Of a stretch of 64,000 nt of DNA, positions 53,970 to 64,000 are shown in pieces. The translations under genes and the position numbers were made by a program. The stretch spans positions 7,316,001-7,380,000 of the forward strand of contig OX597821.1 in assembly GCA_951406725.2 (NCBI GenBank), written 5' to 3'. The notes under the pieces were generated by a model. The model was not told the origin of the DNA and did not search any database. It saw only the letters and a list, made by a program, of their open reading frames with translations. Position 1 is the first letter of the stretch. Each line of letters begins with the position of its first letter. Source of the stretch: Octopus vulgaris (taxonomy: Eukaryota).

Positions 53970-55086
53970 GTGAAGGCACATGGCTCAGTGGTTTGAGTGT
54001 CATGCTCACAATCATGAGGTATTGAGTTCAATTCCCAGACCAGGCTGCATGTTGTGTTCTTGAGCAAGACACTTTATTTCACGTTGCTCCAGTTCATTCA
54101 TCTGTAGAAATGAGTTGCACCATCACTGGTGCCAAGCTGTATTAACCTTTGCCTTTCCCTTCGATAACATCAGTGGCATGAAGAGGGGAGGCTGGTATGC
54201 ATGGGTGACTGCTGGTCTTCCTTAAAACAACCTTTTCCAGACTTGTGCTACAGAGGATATCTTTCTAGGTGCAATCTCATGGTCATTCATGATTGAAGGG
54301 GATCTTTACCCTATATATATCTTCATCCTTTAACATCCCTTTTTCCATGCTTAAATGAATTAGACGGAATTTATCAGGGCAGATTTCTACGACTGGATGC
54401 TCTTCTTCTCTCCAACCCTCACCTGTTTCCAACTAAAGCTAAACATGATTTTCGTGGAAGACTTGGAACAGTCTTGTTTTAATGATGATGATGATGATGA
54501 TGCTCATTTATAAAAATCACATAATGTCTAGACAAAGGTATACATGCATGCACACTAATCTAAATACATATATATGTAAATTATGAGCTTGCTTCCCAAC
54601 CATGAGGTCATGGGCTCAGTCCCACCGCACAGCACCTCAGGCAAGGGTCTTTTATCATAGGCCTGGACCAACCAAAGCCTTGTGAGCAGATTTGGTAGGG
54701 GGAAGCTGAAGGAAGCCTGTCCTATGTTTGTGTGCGTACCCATGGGCTGACATTATGTGATTGTTGTAAACATTGCTTGGTGATGCTTATTGTTTTCATT
54801 TCCAGTCATCTATGGGAAACGTGTTTGGACATGAAGAAATATTAGCCTTGCTGGGGAAAAAGTTGAGGGCTCACAACAGGAAAGGCTGTTTCTACAGATA
54901 CTCCATAGAAATCATTGCCAGCATCCTTTCGGGGTCGATAATTGCCTTTCATCCTTTTGGGGTTAATAATTGCCATTCATCCTTTTTGGGGTCGATAAAT
55001 TAAGTACCAGTTGCGTACTGGGGTCAATCTAATCGACTGGCCCTCTCCCCCAAAATTTCGGGCCTCGTGCCAAGATTAGAAAAGAA

Positions 55087-55442
55087 TATATGAGATGTCA
55101 GATGTAAACAAACAATGAGATTGTAGATGAAAAGTGAATAATAGGCATATATGCCATATTTCGGGTTGGTGGGGGGGGGTCTTCAGCATCCATCTAACCT
55201 ATTAATCCATCAGCACCTGTCTATCCCATTCATCATCCTCGAACACATATAGTGGTGTAAAGTTATTGGATATATGTGTGGTGGCTATTTAAAGCAATAT
55301 GTTTGAGGATGATTAATAGGTTAGATGGGTGCTGATGAAGGGGCAACCCATCCATGCCTCCCACCGAAATATGGCATATATTGCCCATTATCCATTTTTT
55401 GTCTTTGATCCCATTGTTTGTTTACATCTGACGCCTCGTATA
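55087..55442. mobile_element. Palindromic element with a hammerhead motif (55325-55388, +)
   Basis: Terminal arms tgtcagatgtaaacaaacaatg/cattgtttgtttacatctgacg; atgggtg-CTGATGA-aggggca...tgcctcc cacc-GAAA-tatggcata-TA-(t)tgcccat. Confidence 0.75.
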
Positions 55443-55488
55443 CAAAATGTAGCAGAAATCAGTGCTGGCTACAATTGCCATCGAGTAT

Positions 55489-55700
55489 CTCTTTTACTTG
55501 TTTCAGTCATTTGATTGTGGCCATGCTGGAGCACTGCCTTTAGTCAAGCAAATCGACCCCAGGACTTATTCTTCGTAAGCCTAGTACTTATACTATCAAT
55601 CTCCTTTGCCGAACCGCTAGGTTACAGGGATGTAAATACACCAGCATCGGTTGTCAAGCGATGTTGGGGGGGACAAACACAGGCACACAAACATACACAT

Positions 55701-55733
<33 letters not shown>

Positions 55734-55905
55734 CATATCTACGACAGGCTTCTTTCAGTTTCCGCCTACCAAATCCACTCACAAAGCTTTGGTCATCCCG
55801 AGGCTATAGTAGAAGACACTTGCCCAAGGTGCCACGCAGTGGGACTGAACCCAGAACCATGTAGTTCGTAAGCAAGCTACTTACCACACAGCCACTCCCA
55901 CGCCT
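55489..55905 (-). mobile_element. Family A SINE
   Basis: Full-length match to the family. Confidence 0.9.
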
Positions 55906-57451
55906 GCAGAAATAACCTTAACAACTAATATAAAGTGCACTGTTAATGCAGTCGAACGTGGTATTGACTTATAAAATGTCTAATATACTTTACAGCAGAG
56001 GCGGACTGAGAGTATTAAGGCCCTCAGACATAGCCGTTTACTGGGCCCTTTTAGTAGAACTATTATCATAATATACTGCTTTACAGTATATTATGGTTGC
56101 ATAACAAAATACCACATACTTACAAATTATTAACAGGAAAGGCATCCGTACAAAATTTTCTTAGACAAATTATGCCTGATCAATGCATAAGTGAATGTTA
56201 GATGATGTTAATGATGAAACCCTCTCTAGGAACCTTGTAGGGGGCACCTAATAAATTCCTTTACCATATTTCAGTTAAGTACTTTTAATATAGTGAGTTT
56301 AAACTGCATTAAGATCAATCTTGCTTTTCATTCTTCAGCAGTAAAAATTCTAACAAAAGACTTTTTTGTTTTTTGTTTTGACATATTCTTTCAGTTCAGC
56401 TGTATCAAGTATTAATGCAAATGCCATTACTCATTATATTGTTTGTATCCAATTGGAATAATTAATAATTTACTAATGAGGTGGATTCAAAATTGGAAAT
56501 GAATCCTTATTGCTCATTGACAAGATTGCTTCAATGTGCTTGCAGTGTTTAATAGCCTTGTTTTAATTATATTGCTTAATTAGAAATGAAAGGGAACACA
56601 TATTTTCAAAAGATTTTTAATTCTTTGGTTTATATAATGGGAAGTAAAATTTCTTAACTCTTGAAAATTTGTAAACCAATTTACAAGTCCATCAGATCTT
56701 TATCATGTTTAACCCTTTAGCATTCCAACCGGCCGTATCAGGCCTGTTTTCTGTTCAAACTGGCTATATCTGGCCTCTCACACCTATCCTGCTGTATCAT
56801 TGACAAAATCTCAAAACTGCAAGATAAATACATGGTTAATTCAAAACAACATGAATAGGTAATCATTATATTTAACAGAATAATCTGAATACTAAGGGAT
56901 TAAACAAATCCAACCAAAATAAGAATTCTATTGTCATTTATAACAGGTGTTTGGTTCTTTTTTTTTTTTGTTTTTAAGAAAAACACTGTATTAAATGAAT
57001 AGTATATGAGAAAAATAGGCCTCGTTCCAAGACCCCAAGTTATCATGAGCATTATGAGTGGTTGCTGGTATTTGCTTTGTTGCCCCAAAGACTTAATGTA
57101 TCCTTATTTATGGCTGTTTGGTTTCAAAAATAAATGTTACGTGAATTAGTGATAAATGAAGAAAAGAACATATGGGGAAAATGGGTTTTGTTTTGGAACT
57201 CCAAGTTGTCCTGAGCATTGAGGATGGTTGGTGGGACCTGCTTTGGTGGCCTAACGAATCCATTATCAACTTTATCTCTCCAAACATCAAAAAAAAAAAA
57301 AAAACTAATACATCTGTCCTTGCTTATCATAGCTGTTTTGGTTCCACGAAAACATGTTACAGTGATAAATAAATCATAGAACATATGGGAGAAGAGGTTT
57401 CATTCTGGGACCCCAAGTTGTCCTGAGCATTGTGGATGGTTGTTGGTCTGT

Positions 57452-57683
57452 TGATCGGCGAGCTGGCAGAAACGTTAGCACGCCGGGCGAAATGCTTAGC
57501 GGTATTTCGTCTGCGTTACGTTGTGAGTTCAAATTCCGCCAAGGTCGACTTTGCCTTTCATCCTTTCGGGGTCGATAAATTAAGTACCAGTTACGCACTG
57601 GGGTCGATGTAATCGACTTAATACCTATGTCTGTCCTTGTTTGTCCCCTCTGTGTTTAGCCCCTTGTGGGTAATAAAGAAATA
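57452..57683 (+). mobile_element. Young family B SINE (alternative tail) with a 14-bp TSD
   Basis: ggttgttggtctgt at 57438-57451 and 57684-57697; CpGs intact. Confidence 0.9.
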
Positions 57684-60556
57684 GGTTGTTGGTCTGTACT
57701 TTTACAGTCCAAGCAGAATCTCTGACTGATTGTACCACCTACACCCATCTTATTCTGGATCTGTGATAAACAAGTAAAGATGTACTGACATAACTGAATG
57801 GACAAATCTCTATGTGATTGCTTGACTTACTAGAAATAGCAACCAAATCTCTCACAAATCACTCCATATCCTCAGCATTTAAACTGGCCATATCTGGCCC
57901 AAATAATCTAGCTGTTTTATGTTCAAACTGATTAGATCTGGCTTCTTGCACCAACCCAAGGACATTCTAAAAATATACATTCACATCATCAAAAGCTTGA
58001 ATTTACATAATACATGTTTAATTCAAAATGATGTATTTACATTAGAAATAAATAGACATTACATTTGACAAAGGAATCTGAATGCCATATCCTGAAATTA
58101 AAGAACTGTCTTCTACTTTAGCCTCAGGCCGACCAAAGCCTTGTGAGTAGATTTGGTAGACGGAAACTGAAAGAAGCACAGTGTATATATGTATGTGTAT
58201 ATGTATATGTTGTGTATCTGTGTTTGTCCCCGCAACATCGCTTGACAACCGATGCTGGTGTGTTTAGGTCCCCGTAACTTAGCGGTTCGGCAAAAGAGAC
58301 CGATAGAATAAGTACTAGGCTTACAAAGAATAAGTCCTGGGGTTGATTTGCTCGACTAAATGCGGTACTCCAGCATGGCCACAGACAGTCAAATGACTGA
58401 AACAAGAGTATAGGATAATATATAGTCCATGATGCACGTAAAAAGGAAAGGTGGGGATAATAGAGCTGTTTAGTGCGGACTGACCAGTATTAGGCAGCAA
58501 CTAATACAAACACACAGCAAATGAGCAAAGTTGTGTAGATCATCCAGCTTGCTAGAAATAGTAACCAAATCTCCATCTCACTCTGCTAACTTAAATGATT
58601 AGAGTTCTACCCCTTGTAGAAGTATGCCATCCAACGTCTTAGATTTGGTTTGACTTTTTCATTACGAGATTGTTAATAAAACATACTACTTGTATATTTG
58701 AATTTATTTTTTAAAATAATCAAGAATTTGGAAGGATTTTGTAAGATAACTAAATTTATGGTTGAAACCATGTCTGCATCTATGGAAAAATATATATAGA
58801 AAAAAAATATGCACATAGATATATGTACACATACAACAAAAAGATTAGCAGTTTTCTGTTTTTGGTTGTGTCAGGTAATAGAAGACTATGAAATACTATG
58901 AGACCCATCCAACCATGCCAGTATAGAACAGTAGATGTTAAATGAGAATGGTGATGATAGTCATAGGATTTTTCAAAGACTTATGCATATTGATTCTGAA
59001 GTGCCATCAAAATTACAAGTATGCAAATTAGGCTATCTACTATTGTGGTGTTTGTACATCAGTAGCATAACATGTTTACATTCTTCTTTCACCCACAGTG
59101 AGGCTTTATAATATTTAAATTTATTTCATTTCTTATGTAACTCTTTATCATTCCTATAAGATTTTCCTTAATAATTCTAGATTAGCATCATGAGTTTTTG
59201 AAAGGTTGCAGAAACCAATGTCAATGAAATATTTCTTGGTAAACATCTCGACTCACCAAAAGCCCAAGAGAAACTTAACTCTATTAAAACATGATGTAAT
59301 TAGTAATTGAATTTAATTAGAACTGGCATAATTTGTATTATAAGAATTCTGTTGACTTAATTATGGGTTTAGGCATGGCTATGTTGTTTAGAAGTTTACT
59401 TCCCAAATGCATTGTTTCAAGTTCAGTTCTACTGTGTGGCAACTGTCTTCTGTAATAACTTTTGCCTGACAGAAGTCTTCAGAGTGGATTTGGTAGATGA
59501 AAAACTAAAAGAAGCCCATTGCCTCACGTCATCACCATCATCATCCAGTGTTTTAAACCTGGGTTTTGTCCCCATAAACGGGGGTGGCTGGATCTGCCTC
59601 AATGCCATAACAACCAAGGTAGGCAGGTGCAGTCCACCCTAACCTTTGGGCTGGCTGGTGCTATCGTGAGGCATTTTTGGAGCTGGATTTTCTCCAGGGA
59701 GCAAACCCTTGCTTACCCCCAACCTCAGTTTCTAGACATGAGTGGTCCTGAGTCTGAGGCCTTGACCACAATTTTTAAGAAATATGGTGGGAAACTGGCT
59801 CAGGAAGGCAGGGATGCTACTCCCTGAAACCCCTTTCGGAGCCCTCCTACCTAATATAATTTACAATTGTGTCTCAATGGTAGAAAGTGACTGAAATGAT
59901 GAGAGAGTGAGTAGCAGTGGGAGACATTAAACGTAGCTGAGGAAACGTGGAAACAGGATGATTGCAGTGAGCTGTAATGGCTGGAGTTGTGTGTATTTTG
60001 ATTAGAGTGAAATTTCAAATATCATAAATGTTGTGAGAAATATATCTTCACCTAATTTTGTAGTTTACATCAGAAAGGTAAAAAAAACAGAAAGAAAACA
60101 CAAGAAGAATTGAAAACCTGTTAAGTGTAAGTGTTGATTTCAAGTGATGGAAGTTCACATATATATGTGCATGTATGCTGATACTCACACACACACACAC
60201 ACACAAGCAATATAACTCCACAGAACTGGTTGCTGGTTGTTTTAGAAAAAAAGAAAATACTGACAGAAAAGAAAGAAAATAGTCCAATATTGAATTTCAT
60301 TCACTCTCAAAATGCAGACGATGTTCTCAAAACAGAATATATTTAATATCACACATGCTCATACATATGCATACCTTGCTATAAAGATTATTTTTGAAAG
60401 GAAAGAATTTAATGTGTGTATGTGTACATACACACACACACACACACACACATATAAATATTGGTATAATTACAGTTTGGTGCCCCCCTCAAATTTGTTT
60501 TCTCATAGCTTTTTGGAAAATTAATATTATTTTAATGAAATTTTGCAGATATATTT

Positions 60557-60712
60557 AGGCACAGGAGTGGCTGTGTGGTAAGAAGCTTGCTTCCCAACCA
60601 CATGGTTTCAGGTTCAGTCGCACTGCATGGTGACTTGGGTAAGTGTTTTCTACTATAGCCTGTCTGACCAAAGCCTTGTGAGTGGATTTGGTAGACAGAA
60701 ACTGAAAGAAGC

Positions 60713-60752
<40 letters not shown>

Positions 60753-60871
60753 GGAGTAAACGCATAAATGTGAAAAAAGAGTACTCAAATACCAGGGGTA
60801 GAGTAATATGCTTTATTTAAAAGCAGCAGAAAATTCAACAAAACCTGTTACTCTGAGTTTCACATTCCTGT

Positions 60872-60903
<32 letters not shown>

Positions 60904-61115
60904 TATATGTATGTGTTTGTGTGTCTGTGTTTGTCCCCCCACCATCACTTTACAACTGATGTTAGTGTGTTTACATCCCCATTACTTAGCAGTTTGGCAA
61001 AGGAGCCCGATAGAATAAGTACTAGGCTTACAAAGAATAAGTCCTGGGGTCAATTTGTTCAACTAAAGGCAGTACTCCAGCATGGCCACAGTCAAATGAC
61101 TGAAACAAGTAAAAG
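60557..61115 (+). mobile_element. Family A SINE with a foreign insert (60751-60872) in its internal (TA)n
   Basis: Head 60557-60718 and tail ~60910-61115 flank (TA)n-insert-(TA)n. Confidence 0.85.
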
Positions 61116-61495
61116 TATATATATATATTTTTTTTTTTTTTCTTTTGAGGGTGTGGTTTACAATTATACTGATAAAATTTTTTTAAAGACATTTTTCGAG
61201 TGTTTCAGATCATTCCATAACTTTTGTATTTTTCAATTATTATTTTTCTTTTGTTCATATTTATTTGAAATCTCAACATCATCATGGGCCCTATCCATAT
61301 TGTAAGAAAAACATTATCAACTTGAAAACACTTGATTCTCTTAAAACTCTTTAGTTTTGATAAAGTAAAATATTACAAATTTAAAAGAATTTCAGTTCTC
61401 AGATTCTGGTCTCCTTCCCCTACAATATTCCCCTTGCTAATCATAAATAACACCCGTAAGAAAACGTCCAACTTGCTGTTGCTTGAGGATCTGGG

Positions 61496-62738
61496 CAGGG
61501 CTGTGGAGTCGAAACAGAAAACTTTGACTCCGACTCCTCTAATTTTAGCACCTCCAACTTCACCTCCTTTATGTAATTAAGTGATTGTGGTCTATTTTAC
61601 CGACTCTGACTCCAGCTACCCCTTAATCGTTTCTGACTCCATGACTCCAGCTACCCTTTAATTGTTTCTGACTCTGACTCCATGACTCCAGCTACCCTTT
61701 AATTGTTTCTGACTCTGACTCCATGACTCCAGCTACCCCTTAATTGTTTCTGACTCTGACTCCATAACTCCAGCTACCCCTTAATTGTTTCTGACTCCAT
61801 GACTCCAGCTACCCTTTAATTGTTTCTGACTCTGATTCCATGACTCCAGCTACCCTTTAATTGTTTCTGACTCCATGACTCCAGTTACCCTTTAATTGTT
61901 TCTGACTCTGATTCCATGACTCCAGCTACCCCTTAATTGTTTCTGACTCTGACTCCATGACTCCAGCTACCCTTTAATTGTTTCTGACTCTGACTCCATG
62001 ACTCCAGCTACCCTTTAATTGTTTCTGACTCTGACTCCATGACTCCAGCTACCCTTTAATTGTTTCTGACTCTGATTCCATGACTCCAGTTACCCTTTAA
62101 TTGTTTCTGACTCTGATTCCATGACTCCAGCTACCCCTTAATTGTTTCTGACTCTGACTCCATGACTCCAGCTACCCTTTAATTGTTTCTGACTCTGATT
62201 CCATGACTCCAGCTACCCTTTAATTGTTTCTGACTCTGACTCCATGACTCCAGTTACCCTTTAATTGTTTCTGACTCTGACTCCATGACTCCAGCTACCC
62301 CTTAATTGTTTCTGACTCTGACTCCATGACTCCAGTTACCCTTTAATTGTTTCTGACTCTGACTCCATGACTCCAGCTACCCTTTAATTGTTTCTGACTC
62401 CATGACTCCAGCTACCCTTTAATTGTTTCTGACTCTGACTCCATGACTCCAGCTACCCTTTAATTGTTTCTGACTCTGACTCCATGACTCCAGCTACCCC
62501 TTAATTGTTTCTGACTCTGACTCCATGACTCCAGCTACCCCTTAATTGTTTCTGACTCTGACTCCATGACTCCAGCTACCCTTTAATTGTTTCTGACTCT
62601 GACTCCATGACTCCAGCTACCCTTTAATTGTTTCTGACTCTGACTCCATGACTCCAGCTACCCTTTAATTGTTTCTGACTCTGACTCCATGACTCCAGCT
62701 ACCCTTTAATTGTTTCTGACTCTGACTCCACAGCCCTG
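61496..62738. mobile_element. TIR element (hAT-like termini) containing a 28-copy 41/35-bp minisatellite
   Basis: Perfect 15-bp TIR cagggctgtggagtc/gactccacagccctg; unit gactctgactccatgactccagctaccctttaattgtttct from ~61601 to 62725; no 8-bp TSD seen. Confidence 0.85.
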
Positions 62739-63096
62739 TAAAGCTCATATCAAGCAAAGCAACAACAATGTAAATGATAATAGTAATAAACCTAACTATT
62801 TGAATCTAATGATTGTTGTTGCCCCTTTCTGTCAAACCAAGAAATAAGATCTTATTTAACTATCAACTCATGTATGTCTTCTTTATCTCAATAATACAAC
62901 AAAAAAAGCTTAATATCTTTCCATTTCATATTGGTTTCGAACTTTGGCACAAGGCCAGCAATTCCAGGTGTGGGCATAAGTTGATTACATCATATCCTAG
63001 TGCGCAACTGTTACTTATTTCATTGACCCTAAAAGGATTCAAAGGCAAAGTTGACCCTAGTGGCATTTGAACTCGTATCATTAAGTTGAAAGAAAT

Positions 63097-63308
63097 ACTC
63101 TCTTTCCCTTTTACTTGTTTCAGTCATTTTGACTGCGGCCATGCTGGAGCACCGCCTTTAGTCGAGCGAATCGACCCCGGGACTTATTCTTTGTAAGCCT
63201 AGTACTTATTCTATCGGCCTCTTTTGCCGAACCGCTACGTGACGGGGGACGTAAACACACCAGCATCGGTTGTCAAGCAATGCTAGGGGGACAAACACAC
63301 AAACACAT

Positions 63309-63347
<39 letters not shown>

Positions 63348-63523
63348 CATATATACATATATACGACAGGCTTCTTTCAGTTTCCGTCTACCAAATCCAC
63401 TCACAAGGCATTGGTTGGCCCGGGGCTATAGCAGGAGACACTTGCCCAAGATGCCACGCAGTGGAACTGAACCTGGAACCATGTGGTTGGTAAGCAAGCT
63501 ACTTACCACACAGCCTCTCCTGC
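63097..63523 (-). mobile_element. Family A SINE nested in a family B SINE (~62935-63570, -)
   Basis: The family B sequence breaks at gaaatac (63092-63098) and resumes at gctaagcattttg. Confidence 0.85.
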
Positions 63524-64000
63524 TAAGCATTTTGTTTGGCATGGTAACGATTCTGCTAGCTTATTGCCTTATCATTATATTTCTTATTAAAACCATTTAG
63601 TTGTTCTAAAGAGTTACACAGGAGATTCTGTTAAATATTCTTCAACCATTTCTCACCTTAAAATATTTTTAGATAATTAACTGCTTTAATTACTCATTAT
63701 TTTCAAGTAATATGATATTGAAGCCTTTCGAATTGTATTTATTGGAATGAAGGAAAAGTGGCATATTTCTACAAGTGTCTATATTTCTAGTGTTGTTGTG
63801 GTTGTTGTTATGGTGATTTAGTCCCCGCTCAACCATATCAGCCCCCACCCCCATATGCAGGGTAGGAACTAGAAACTGCATTATACAATCTAAGAGAGGA
63901 AATTGCGATTTGTAAAGAAATTTAGCTGCTACTTTGGATCTTAGATGTTTTGCTTGTTTCACTTATTAGATTGTGGCCATGCTGGGGCACCAGCTTAAAG

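Noticed and set aside
61601-62725. CRISPR-like regular array
   Set aside because: Head-to-tail tandem units with no unique spacers, no cas genes, eukaryotic context

Overview
AT-rich, microsatellite-dense, repeat-dominated eukaryotic DNA. The repeat landscape (tRNA-headed SINEs with internal (TA)n/(CA)n tracts, a C2H2 zinc-finger fragment) looks like an Octopus/cephalopod genome; this is inferred and not confirmed by a search. Almost all ORFs in the track are microsatellite or SINE artefacts. Recognisable protein-coding remnants are a CR1-like LINE 3' end (734-1238, -), a Tc1/mariner transposase C-terminus (11809-12004, +), an RTE-clade LINE 3' end split by a MITE (45636-46370, +) and a two-finger C2H2 ORF (48257-48649, -). 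The window also holds at least five SINE families, TTAA (piggyBac-type), Tc1/mariner and hAT-like MITEs, a non-autonomous Helitron, a 28-copy 41-bp minisatellite inside a TIR element, and a CpG-rich putative promoter near 21.2-21.7 kb. The most interesting signal is a set of unrelated short non-coding elements, each carrying a minimal type I hammerhead-ribozyme (HHR) motif of the Penelope/retrozyme type (stem I-CUGAUGA-stem II-GAAA-palindromic stem III-UH-stem I'). Many are fold-back palindromes and several sit in (TA)n tracts. One family fuses a Pol III tRNA-like head to the HHR. Two loci look like degenerate ~170-200 bp tandem retrozyme-like repeats. Most copies carry core mutations, so activity is not established.
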